From: a virus
IMG/VR virus record: IMGVR_UViG_3300045988_173800
Span: 1-33,955 of that record
Length of the DNA stretch: 33,955 nucleotides
Direction: 5' to 3' (one strand)
The notes beneath the pieces were generated by a model. The model searched no databases. It was not told where the DNA came from and was given only the letters and a program-made list of their open reading frames with translations. Every line of letters starts with the position of its first letter. Positions within the stretch are counted from its first letter, which is position 1. The position numbers and the translations under genes were made by a program. Below are positions 7,412-14,963 of this stretch, one piece after another.

Positions 7412-8863
7412 ATGGCGGGCAAAAAGTTTGACATCACAAAATTCGCGGCGACGTTGCCCGAGGCCGTGCCCGAATCGGGCACGGCGATGGAGCTCGCGCT
7501 CGGCGACATCCTCGACAATCCGCGCAACTTCTACCCGCGCCCCGACAACAAGGCGCTCGGCGCGCTGATGGAGTCCATCCAGGCCAACGGCCTGCTGGAG
7601 CCGCCGACCATCGTGCCGGCGGAGGACGGCAAGTATCGCCTGATCTCCGGACACAGCCGCATGGCGGCGCTGCGGCTGCTCGCGGCGAACCGGGACGAGG
7701 CCGTCGCGAAGCAGTTCTCCACCGTGCTCTGCCGAGTGCTGCCCGCGATGACGGAGGAGCAGGAGCTGTGCGCGGTGATCGAGGCGAACCGTCAGCGCGT
7801 GAAGTCCAACGCGCTGCTTGCGGAGGAGGCCGAGAAGCTCAAAGAGACTTATATTCGGCGCAAGAAGGCCGGCGAGGAGTTCCCGGTCGGGCTGCGCGAC
7901 TGGGTGGCAAAGGAGATGCAGATCAACGCGACAAAGGTCGGCAACCTGCAGGTCATTAAAAAGGGCCTCAAGGTGCCGGGCATCATCAGGAGGTGGGAGG
8001 CGGGCGAGCTGCCCGAGGCCGCGGCGCTTGAGATCGCCCGCATGGACGACGAGACGCAGTACAGGCTGCTGGATTGGGTCATTGACCACTGTCGCACATG
8101 GTCGATCAACAACGTGCGCGAGTTTTCGACCTGCTGGACCTGCTACAAGCATAAGTGCCCGGATACCGGCGGCTTTTGCCCGAACGCCGCGCGGATGTAC
8201 GCTGACCGTTATCGCTACGGCGAGTGGCGCTGTGCCGGCTGCTGCCGCGAATGTCTTAACCGCGACACCTGCTCTACCGCCTGCCGCTTCGTGGTCGCCG
8301 AGCGGCCGCCGAAGGAGCCGGAGCCTGCCGTGCCCCGAAATCCGGCAGCCGACGATCCTCGGCTCAAGAACATGACGCCGAAATTCTGCGAGCGCGTCAA
8401 GGCACTGCGCGAAGCGACCGGCTTGACGCGCAGGGAGTTTGCCGAGAGCATCGGCGAGTACCCCGGCACCTACAGCGCGTGGGAAAACAACAGCCTTGCC
8501 GGTGCGGGCTCGTTGCCCAAGCTGGCGCTGACGCTCGGCACGACGATGGACTATCTCTGCGGGCTGACGGACGATCCTTTACCGCCGCGAGACGAGTGGA
8601 GGGTTGGCGTGGGTTTCGCCGCGCCGGAATGGCTGCCGCTCGACGCGGAGCATTGGCCGGAGGAAGGCTCGCTCGTGGCGCTCAGCTACGAGACCGGCCT
8701 TGGCGGCAGCAGCTACCTTGTGGCCCGCTGCGCCGGCGGCGCGGATGATGAGTACCCGTTTATCTCGACGGACGCGGGGACCACGGTCGACGACATCGTC
8801 GAGTGCCGCTGCGACCGCTGGATGCCGCTTGCCGAGTGCGGCCGCGGCAAGGAGGGCGCATGA
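7412..8863 (+). CDS. parB: Multi-domain ParB-like protein: ParB/Srx N-domain, Cys-rich region, XRE HTH, DUF551-like C-terminus
   Basis: ParB box in LLEPPTIVPAEDGKYRLISGHSRMAALRLL. Cys cluster CWTCYKHKCPDTGGFCP...CAGCCRECLNRDTCSTAC. HTH in VKALREATGLTRREFAESIGEYPGTYSAWEN. C-terminal EWLPLD...DRWMPLAE. Lies immediately after parA. Confidence 0.85.
   Translation: MAGKKFDITKFAATLPEAVPESGTAMELALGDILDNPRNFYPRPDNKALGALMESIQANGLLEPPTIVPAEDGKYRLISGHSRMAALRLLAANRDEAVAKQFSTVLCRVLPAMTEEQELCAVIEANRQRVKSNALLAEEAEKLKETYIRRKKAGEEFPVGLRDWVAKEMQINATKVGNLQVIKKGLKVPGIIRRWEAGELPEAAALEIARMDDETQYRLLDWVIDHCRTWSINNVREFSTCWTCYKHKCPDTGGFCPNAARMYADRYRYGEWRCAGCCRECLNRDTCSTACRFVVAERPPKEPEPAVPRNPAADDPRLKNMTPKFCERVKALREATGLTRREFAESIGEYPGTYSAWENNSLAGAGSLPKLALTLGTTMDYLCGLTDDPLPPRDEWRVGVGFAAPEWLPLDAEHWPEEGSLVALSYETGLGGSSYLVARCAGGADDEYPFISTDAGTTVDDIVECRCDRWMPLAECGRGKEGA
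7466..7482. repeat. 17-bp palindrome, copy 2 (inside parB, read as VPESGT)
   Basis: Exact GTGCCCGAATCGGGCAC. It is in frame with ParB codons 19-24. Confidence 0.95.
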
Positions 8864-9216
8864 AAAACGCTTACGCAAAGGAGCAGGCGGAGCTGCGGCG
8901 GCAGCTGCTCAACTACGGGGCGCTGGTCGGCCAGCAATTCAACGTGGATATGATGTGCCTTGCCCTCAATGAGGAGGGCTTCGGACACGACCGGATCATG
9001 CGCATTATCCACCGCGCGGAGAAGCACGGCGAATATTTCCACGAGTGCCTCGCCTACGGCGTGGAGAGCGACGCGCGGTTCGAGCAGCTCGACCAGCGGC
9101 TCCGGTACATCTGCCGTGACCACCCGGAGGACTTCGTGCCGCGTGAGGAGCGCTACCCCAACGTCAAGGTGCCCGGCATGGGCAAAAAATTCAAAGCGGA
9201 ACCGATAGGAGGATGA
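8860..9216 (+). CDS. Hypothetical protein (118 aa)
   Basis: ATGA overlap with the parB stop. AAGGAGGG RBS. Confidence 0.6.
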   Translation: MKNAYAKEQAELRRQLLNYGALVGQQFNVDMMCLALNEEGFGHDRIMRIIHRAEKHGEYFHECLAYGVESDARFEQLDQRLRYICRDHPEDFVPREERYPNVKVPGMGKKFKAEPIGG

Positions 9217-9218
9217 AT

Positions 9219-9680
9219 ATGAAAAACGATGAGATCGTCAGGGCGCTGCGGTGCATTTCCACCGCAGGCGGAGAGAATGCCTGCGAGCATTGCCCGTACT
9301 GGAAGGAAGAGGAAGTCCCGGAAGAAGAACGGCCCATATACGGAGCCGACACGATGCATTCATGCGATGTCGACCGCGTTGGACTGGACGGCGCGGATTT
9401 GATCGAGCGCCTGACCGACCGCTGCGCTCGCTACGCCGAGGAGATCGCCGTGGCGCAGGAGCGGACACGGTGGGTGCCGGTGGAAGAGCGCCTGCCGAAG
9501 GTCTCTAACTCGTGGGGGGTATCGGATGTTATCTTGTGCATCATTAGCGATCCTTCCGGATACCCACCGCCGAGTCCGGGATTGTGTGTATATTTGGAGG
9601 ACGGAAGATGGACGTGCCACGGGCAGATTGTGCGGGTCACGCACTGGATGCCGCTGCCGGAACCGCCGGAGGTGGAGTGA
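9219..9680 (+). CDS. Cys-motif protein with DUF551-like C-terminal domain
   Basis: N-terminal ALRCISTAGGENACEHCPYW. C-terminal RWVPVEERLP...THWMPLPEPP. ATG 9219 is 7 nt after AGGAGG. Confidence 0.65.
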   Translation: MKNDEIVRALRCISTAGGENACEHCPYWKEEEVPEEERPIYGADTMHSCDVDRVGLDGADLIERLTDRCARYAEEIAVAQERTRWVPVEERLPKVSNSWGVSDVILCIISDPSGYPPPSPGLCVYLEDGRWTCHGQIVRVTHWMPLPEPPEVE

Positions 9681-10195
9681 TGCAACGCCTGACAAAACAT
9701 AGCAAGCAAACATCGCACGAAAACGGTATCTGCTGCACACATTTTCGCGGCCCCGAATGCCTCGAAGTTGGCGGGAACTGCGCCATGAATTGCAAGTGGG
9801 AAGAAGCGGCGTGGAGCCGCCTCGCCGCCTACGAGGACACGGGGCTGACGCCGCAAGCGTGCGCTGAGGCACGGGAAGCCGGAAAGGTGCTTTCCAGCTG
9901 TGACATATCTTTCGGAAGACTTGCGGAACTGCTGACAGCCGACAGCGCCGGTCGGCTGGTGGTGCTGCCGTGCAAGGTGGGCCAGCGGGTATTCGCCTTA
10001 CTGGACACGGACAAGCATCTAAGCGAGTGCGAGGTTAAGCAGATCGGATTGGGTAATGAGATTGGCTTTGTTGGCATCGAGCCAATAGGCGCTCGCGGAC
10101 GGGAATACGGAGTATCGATAAAGGGCTTCGGCAAGACCGTATTCCTCACCCGCGAGGAGGCGGAGAAAGCATTGGAGGCGACGAAGGATGACTGA
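9680..10195 (+). CDS. Hypothetical Cys-rich early protein (171 aa)
   Basis: The ATG shares one base with the previous TGA stop (TGATG). GGAGGTGGAG RBS. Contains CCTHFRGPEC...CAMNC and LAAYEDTGLTP. Confidence 0.6.
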   Translation: MQRLTKHSKQTSHENGICCTHFRGPECLEVGGNCAMNCKWEEAAWSRLAAYEDTGLTPQACAEAREAGKVLSSCDISFGRLAELLTADSAGRLVVLPCKVGQRVFALLDTDKHLSECEVKQIGLGNEIGFVGIEPIGARGREYGVSIKGFGKTVFLTREEAEKALEATKDD

Positions 10196-10313
10196 AGAGT
10201 GCTATATATACTGCCCAGAGTGTGATTTTGAAAGTGGCGTATATAGCGAACCCAAATTTATCGTCGAAAAGTGGAACAGGAGGGCTGACAATGGCGACAA
10301 AGAGAGTGTGTGA
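10188..10313 (+). CDS. Possible Lar-family (restriction-alleviation-like) 41-aa zinc-ribbon peptide
   Basis: Hand translation: MTEECYIYCPECDFESGVYSEPKFIVEKWNRRADNGDKESV. A CPxC motif plus the WNRRA motif typical of the Lar family. GGAGG lies 9 nt upstream. Confidence 0.4.
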   Translation: MTEECYIYCPECDFESGVYSEPKFIVEKWNRRADNGDKESV

Positions 10314-10470
10314 CCGCTGTGGTGCGGAGATTAGCCCGTTCAACTTCGTCACCTATGCCGGTATGCGGCGGACTAAGAACGACATAAACGACAATGACTA
10401 CGAGCTGTGTGCTTCGTGTGCTCACGAACTGCAGAAGTGGTTTAATGGGGAGGAGAAAAACAATGGTTGA
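10291..10470 (+). CDS. Small zinc-ribbon protein (59 aa)
   Basis: MATKRVCDRCGAEI...CASCAHEL (CxxC...CxxC). AGGAGGG RBS. Confidence 0.55.
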   Translation: MATKRVCDRCGAEISPFNFVTYAGMRRTKNDINDNDYELCASCAHELQKWFNGEEKNNG

Positions 10471-10786
10471 ATACATTGAGCGGGAGGCGCTGCGCGAGAT
10501 TTTAGATGGTTGGCGCGATGCTCATGCTGACGTTGATGACGTACACGGTTGCGGCTTGCTGGAAGATGTGATATGCGAGGTAGACGCACAGACGGCCGCT
10601 GATGTTGCCCCGGTGGTGCATGGGCGGTGGATACATAGCCGATACGAGGACTGTTCTGAACAGTTTGAGCTTGTGAAGTGCTCCCAATGCAATCATGAGG
10701 CGTATGCGATGGCCTTCTATGTTCGCGGCGGCAATTACTGCCCCAACTGCGGGGCGAAAATGGACGGAGGTGCGGACAATGCCTGA
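10463..10786 (+). CDS. Hypothetical protein with C-terminal zinc ribbon (107 aa)
   Basis: GGAGGAG RBS. C-terminal KCSQCNHE...YCPNCGAKMDG. Confidence 0.6.
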   Translation: MVEYIEREALREILDGWRDAHADVDDVHGCGLLEDVICEVDAQTAADVAPVVHGRWIHSRYEDCSEQFELVKCSQCNHEAYAMAFYVRGGNYCPNCGAKMDGGADNA

Positions 10787-11033
10787 ATTTAGACGCTTGA
10801 CCTACAAGACGCCGGACGGGGCGTGGGGCATCAAGGGCGTGAGCCTGATCTCCTGCCCGGCGCGGCTCTACGGCGCGGCCGCGAAGCTGTGCGACATGGA
10901 GAGCCTGTGCGAGGACGTGTACCGCGCCAAGGACGCCGAGCTGACGCTCGACGCGCTGCAGGAGCTGGTGGACAAGGGCCTCGGCGGACGCTTCCTCGAT
11001 CTGCGCCGGGCGCTGAAAGGAGTGACACTATGA
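10779..11033 (+). CDS. Hypothetical protein (84 aa)
   Basis: ATG 10779 is 8 nt after GGAGG. It overlaps the previous stop. Confidence 0.55.
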   Translation: MPEFRRLTYKTPDGAWGIKGVSLISCPARLYGAAAKLCDMESLCEDVYRAKDAELTLDALQELVDKGLGGRFLDLRRALKGVTL

Positions 11034-11635
11034 CGGGGAGCAAGGTGCTGGTCGTGAAGCTGCCGGAGCTGCACGCCGATGTCAAGCAGCTCGAGGCGTT
11101 CCGCGCCTATGTGTGCGACGCGCTCGGCGCGGGCACGCTGGTGCTGCCGCTCGGCACGACCTATGCGGTCGAGGAATTTCCCCCGCTCGGCGCGGTGGAG
11201 GTGGTCGCGGGGAGTGCCGTGCCTGTCGTGATCGGCGGGTCGAGGCCGACGCCTGCGGGCGGAGGCGGCGGGCTGGTCGTTGGCGGGCGCGTCGTCCGCT
11301 CGGTGCCCGATTCGGGCACCGCACCGGAGCCGGAGCGGGCGGAGGTTCCCTCGGAAACGCCGAAGCCTCAGCCGGATGCGCCAGCCAAGCCGACGCCGAT
11401 TTTGAGAAGCCCTCCGGTGCGGAGCGCCGCGCCGCGCTCTCATGCTCTGCCGATGAGCGAGGGAGAGATCGTGGCGTCCTACCGGCAGGCGGCAAAGCCG
11501 GCGGCGCAGATCACGGTGCTTGCGGATCTCAACGCCTGCTCTAAGGAGCGCATTGAGGAGATCCTGCGCGAGGCCGGCGAGCCGCTGCCGAAGAAGCGCG
11601 GACGCCAGAAGCAACCGGAGGGCGCACATGAGTGA
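11030..11635 (+). CDS. Hypothetical protein with Pro/Gly-rich linker (201 aa)
   Basis: ATGA overlap and AAGGAG RBS. The C-terminal ITVLADLNACSKERIEEILREAG is HTH-like. Confidence 0.55.
   Translation: MTGSKVLVVKLPELHADVKQLEAFRAYVCDALGAGTLVLPLGTTYAVEEFPPLGAVEVVAGSAVPVVIGGSRPTPAGGGGGLVVGGRVVRSVPDSGTAPEPERAEVPSETPKPQPDAPAKPTPILRSPPVRSAAPRSHALPMSEGEIVASYRQAAKPAAQITVLADLNACSKERIEEILREAGEPLPKKRGRQKQPEGAHE
11303..11319. repeat. 17-bp palindrome, copy 3 (opposite orientation, central T; read as VPDSGT)
   Basis: GTGCCCGATTCGGGCAC is the exact reverse complement of the canonical copy. It is in frame in ORF 11030..11635. Confidence 0.95.
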
Positions 11636-12347
11636 GCGCTTCTACTGCGTGCGCCAGCGCGCGGGGAATCTGGTTAAGGAGTACCGCGGGACGATGCCGC
11701 CGCGCTATGCGTCCTCCGACACCGACGAAGACCGGCGCGCCAAGGCCGACCTCAAGGCGCAGCGGCGCACGGTGCTCAACCGCGACTCTACCGACCGGCT
11801 CGAGCTGATGATCGCGCTCATGGGCAAGTACGCCACGCACTACATTCTGGAGTTCGACGACGAGCATCTGCCGGAGCGCTTTGCCGACGTGCGCAAGGCG
11901 CTGCGGTCCTTCCTGCGGCGCGTGGAGCGCTATCGAGGCAATGGCGGGCTTGACTACATCCCGGCCATTGAGGGTCTGCACGGGGCACACAGGTATCACA
12001 TCCACCTCGTCGCGGACTACCGGCAGCTCTCGCCGGCGGAGGTGCGGTTCCTGTGGCAGTGCGGCGAGGTGACGGACTGGCCAGTATTTAAGCGGCACGG
12101 CAAGGCGCTCGGCTACCGCTACCTCGCGCGCTATCTCACCAAGGAGCGCAGCGACGGAATCATTATCCCGGTGGGGCGGCATCCGTGGAGCTGCTCGCGC
12201 AGTCTGCGCGCGAAGCTGCCGCCGCCAGAGGTGTGGCTCGACGAGAGCGATGCGATCACGATACCGTTCGACGCGATGCTCCCACGGGTGCGGACCGGCG
12301 GCAGTCAATTCGGCAGCTACCGGGTGGCGAGCTGGATCGAGGCGTAA
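11628..12347 (+). CDS. HUH-superfamily rolling-circle Rep-like endonuclease
   Basis: Motif order YILEFDD (motif 1-like), HRYHIHLVA (HUH), YLARYLTKE (catalytic Tyr motif). ATG 11628 behind GGAGG. Confidence 0.6.
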   Translation: MSERFYCVRQRAGNLVKEYRGTMPPRYASSDTDEDRRAKADLKAQRRTVLNRDSTDRLELMIALMGKYATHYILEFDDEHLPERFADVRKALRSFLRRVERYRGNGGLDYIPAIEGLHGAHRYHIHLVADYRQLSPAEVRFLWQCGEVTDWPVFKRHGKALGYRYLARYLTKERSDGIIIPVGRHPWSCSRSLRAKLPPPEVWLDESDAITIPFDAMLPRVRTGGSQFGSYRVASWIEA

Positions 12348-12352
12348 GGAAT

Positions 12353-12372
12353 CGCGTGCGCGCGTGCGCGCG
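12353..12372. repeat. 20-nt strictly alternating pyrimidine-purine tract (CGCGTGCGCGCGTGCGCGCG)
   Basis: Read directly. It lies 6 nt after the Rep-like stop codon. Confidence 0.8.
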
Positions 12373-12428
12373 ACATTACTTGTAACCTATTGGCTTTTTA
12401 GTGACAAACGCAGAAAAGAGGGTGAAAA

Positions 12429-12629
12429 GTGTTGCAATCAAAACGAAATGATGGTAAACTGGTCACAAAGGACGGATGGCTGATGTGCCCGAGATGCGGG
12501 CGCGGCAAAGTCCTTCGGCTCGATCCCGGAACCAGAGCAAAAGACTTGCCGGTCTACTGCAAGTGCTGCCGGATGGAGTCCATCGTGAATATCGACGAGT
12601 GCCTGTGCCTTAGCGCCTGCGCCACATGA
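12429..12629 (+). CDS. Cysteine-rich KTR-family protein
   Basis: WLMCPRCGRGKVLRLDPGTRAKDLPVYCKCCRMESIVNI matches the CPxC...LPxYCxKC...VNI pattern of the KTR family. Confidence 0.65.
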   Translation: MLQSKRNDGKLVTKDGWLMCPRCGRGKVLRLDPGTRAKDLPVYCKCCRMESIVNIDECLCLSACAT

Positions 12630-12670
12630 TCCGCTGTATGCGGTTTGTGTCGGTGCAGGCTTTTTGTTTT
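12615..12670 (+). terminator. Probable rho-independent terminator
   Basis: Imperfect long stem GCCTGCGCCACA / TGTGTCGGTGCAGGC enclosing an inner CCGC/GCGG hairpin, followed by TTTTTGTTTT. Confidence 0.45.
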
Positions 12671-12689
12671 GCCCGGAGGTGATAGCCCG

Positions 12690-13082
12690 ATGGCCTTAAA
12701 GCCGCTCCGACCCTGCCGGCATCCCGGCTGCTGCGTGCTGGTGAGCGATGGATACTGCGACGCCCATCGGCCGCGCGGCGACCGGCGCAGTGAGGAAGCG
12801 CAATCCTGGCGCTGGATGTACCAGACCGACGAGTGGAAGCTCGACCTGCGGCCGGCGCAGCTTCTGCGCGAGCCGTTCTGCCGCGAGTGCGCCCGGCACG
12901 GGCGGCGGGTCCGCGCGACGGACGTGGACCACATCGTCGACCACAAGGGCGACTGGCAGACCTTCTGCGACCGAGACAACCTCGAGAGCCTCTGCCACAG
13001 CTGCCATAGCCGCAAGACGGCGCGAGAAATGCACGAGAATCGCAGCAAATCAAAGCGCCGCGGTGCGGCGTCGAGGCGGTAG
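12690..13082 (+). CDS. Phage HNH endonuclease (packaging-associated)
   Basis: DVDHIVDHKG ... NLESLCHSCHSRKT. GGAGGTGA RBS. Typical position upstream of the terminase region. Confidence 0.88.
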   Translation: MALKPLRPCRHPGCCVLVSDGYCDAHRPRGDRRSEEAQSWRWMYQTDEWKLDLRPAQLLREPFCRECARHGRRVRATDVDHIVDHKGDWQTFCDRDNLESLCHSCHSRKTAREMHENRSKSKRRGAASRR

Positions 13083-13230
13083 GCTTGGGCGCTCGGGCGC
13101 GTCGCAAGAGCGTCGCGCGGGGCTTCCTTGCAGACCCCTCCCCGGGGTCAGAAAGTTTGGGCGCTGCCCTTGGAAACCGCCGGCCCTCCCTCGTGCGAGA
13201 TTTTTTCCCCACGGAGAATTTCGGGAGGCG

Positions 13231-13320
13231 GGCGCTGCGGAAGCGCAGCGTGGACAGAAAACTGCTGCGGAAACGCAGCGGAAACGGAAAGGCGCTGCGA
13301 AAATGCAGCGGGAGGTTCCT
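13231..13320. repeat. Three tandem 30-bp repeats, each carrying a 6-7-bp hairpin
   Basis: CGCTGCG-GAAG-CGCAGCG (13233..13250), TGCTGCG-GAAA-CGCAGCG (13263..13280), CGCTGCG-AAAA-TGCAGCG (13293..13310). Hairpin starts are exactly 30 nt apart. Confidence 0.85.
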
Positions 13321-13468
13321 GCGTGTTCCCCGCTCTTTGACCGGGGCGGTCATGAATTTCCTCCTACCCCGCGCCCTCGAATCGCGAGGGGCGGGGAATG
13401 CGCAGGATCAAAGAAAAGCAAAACGCCGCCCTGCCTGGGCCGAAGGACTGCGCTTGATGCGTGGTGTA

Positions 13469-13498
13469 TTGACGTAGGCCCGGTGGGGCGGATACTAA
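13469..13498 (+). promoter_or_regulatory. Candidate promoter ahead of the packaging/late operon
   Basis: TTGACG (13469..13474), 18 nt, TACTAA (13493..13498). Confidence 0.3.
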
Positions 13499-13616
13499 AG
13501 CGTCCGGTGTGGTCCCCGGCTCTTGAAGCCGGCCATAGCCTTCACGGTTCTGTCCCCCGCGCTCTCGCTCGTCGAGGGCCGGGGACTGCATCGGAGATAT
13601 CGACAGGAGGCAAGGC

Positions 13617-14963
13617 ATGGGAAAGAAGCAGACAGCAGGGCAGACGCCGGTGCGCGTGGCGGTTAAGGACCTGCCGACAATACGCATCGACGAGCTGATC
13701 CCTTACGAGAACAACGCGAAGATCCACGGGCCGGACCAGATCGAGCAGCTGCGGCGCAGCCTGCGCGAGTTTGGCTTCGTATCGCCGGTGCTGATCGACG
13801 AGGACAAGAACCTGATCGCCGGGCATGGGCGCGTCGAGGCGGCGCGGGCCGAAGGCATGACCGAGGTCCCGTATGTGACGGTGAGCGACCTGAGCGAGGC
13901 TCAGCGGCGCGCCTACATCATCGCCGACAACCGGCTTGCCGAGGCGGGCGAGTGGGACGCGGCGCGGCTTAAGTTTGAAATGGAAGAGCTAAACAGCCTT
14001 TCTTTCGACACCGCGCTGACCGGTTTCACGATAAACGAGATCGAGACGATCCATGTCAGCGCCCACGAGCGGACGAAACCAGCGGCAGAAGGAAACAACT
14101 TTTGGGGAGATGTCGAGAGCGAAAGCAGCGAGGATTATGCGAAATTTGTGGATAAATTTAAGCCGAAACTCACCACCGACGACTGCTACACGCCGCAGAA
14201 CATCTACGAGGTGATTCGCGACTGGGCTTTGGCGCACTACGGCTTGCAGGGCGCGCCGGTGATTCGGCCATTTTACCCCGGAGGCGACTATGAGCACGAG
14301 ACCTACCCGGACGGCTGCGTGGTGATCGACAACCCGCCATTTTCTATTCTTTCGCAGATTTGCAGATTCTTTGATGAGCATGGCATCCGCTACTTCTTGT
14401 TTGCTCCAGCGCTGACGCTGTTTTCCACAAATGCGGGAAAATCAAACTACGTGCCCGTTTCGGCCTCAGTTACGTACGAAAACGGTGCTCGCGTCAATAC
14501 GTCCTTTGTCACAAATCTGGGGGGGTGGCGTGTGGAGATCTCCGGGGAGTTGTTTTCTTTGATAGATGAAGCTGACAAGCGCAACTGGGGTGAATCCCGG
14601 ATTGAGCTTCCGGGGTACATTTATCCGCGCAACGTTTTATGCGTTCAGGATTTTGACCTTGCGAAGCATGGCCAGTCATTGTGTTTTTCCGATGAGGATC
14701 TTCAATTTACACGAGCTCTGGATGCCCAAAAGGAAAAAGGCAAGGCCATTTTTGGCGGCGGCTTCTTGCTGTCAGAGGCGGCGGCTGCTAAGAAATCCAA
14801 AGCAGAAGAAGCTGCGTTGGAAGTCATGAGCGCACGTTTGGCTGCCATTTCTGAATCTCAGCAAAACTCCCGCATGTCAGCGGATGGAAAAATCATTTGG
14901 CCATTATCTGACCGCGAAAAGGCGCTTGTAAAAAGCCTTGGGAAGCACGGCGGTGCCGTATGA
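13617..14963 (+). CDS. ParB-like nuclease domain protein fused to a putative N6-adenine DNA methyltransferase
   Basis: N-terminal IDELIPYENNAKIH...LIAGHGRVEAA...RRAYIIADNRLAE (ParB/Srx). Downstream CYTPQNIY...VVIDNPPFS (motif IV-like NPPF) and IFGGGF. AGGAGG RBS. Confidence 0.7.
   Translation: MGKKQTAGQTPVRVAVKDLPTIRIDELIPYENNAKIHGPDQIEQLRRSLREFGFVSPVLIDEDKNLIAGHGRVEAARAEGMTEVPYVTVSDLSEAQRRAYIIADNRLAEAGEWDAARLKFEMEELNSLSFDTALTGFTINEIETIHVSAHERTKPAAEGNNFWGDVESESSEDYAKFVDKFKPKLTTDDCYTPQNIYEVIRDWALAHYGLQGAPVIRPFYPGGDYEHETYPDGCVVIDNPPFSILSQICRFFDEHGIRYFLFAPALTLFSTNAGKSNYVPVSASVTYENGARVNTSFVTNLGGWRVEISGELFSLIDEADKRNWGESRIELPGYIYPRNVLCVQDFDLAKHGQSLCFSDEDLQFTRALDAQKEKGKAIFGGGFLLSEAAAAKKSKAEEAALEVMSARLAAISESQQNSRMSADGKIIWPLSDREKALVKSLGKHGGAV

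Noticed and set aside
5043-7412. 789-aa minus-strand ORF spanning the dnaB, parA and neighbouring genes
   Set aside because: It is antisense to genes with clear DnaB and ParA motifs. Its sequence is Arg/Ala/Leu-rich low-complexity, as expected from stop-poor GC-rich antisense frames. It has no RBS.
13231-13320. Possible CRISPR array (regular 30-bp periodicity of palindromic repeats)
   Set aside because: There are only three units. The units are contiguous with no unique spacers of CRISPR length, and there is no leader or cas gene. It is better described as tandem hairpin repeats.
13085-13477. 130-aa ORF in the HNH-to-packaging gap
   Set aside because: It has no RBS and a non-ATG start. It is extremely Arg/Gly-rich, and its 'repeats' (ALRKRS, LLRKRS, ALRKCS) are simply the translation of the 30-bp DNA hairpin repeats.
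14451-14467. GTGCCCGTTTCGGCCTC as an eighth palindrome copy
   Set aside because: It has three mismatches, including loss of dyad symmetry. It also breaks the regular spacing pattern, so it is probably chance similarity.
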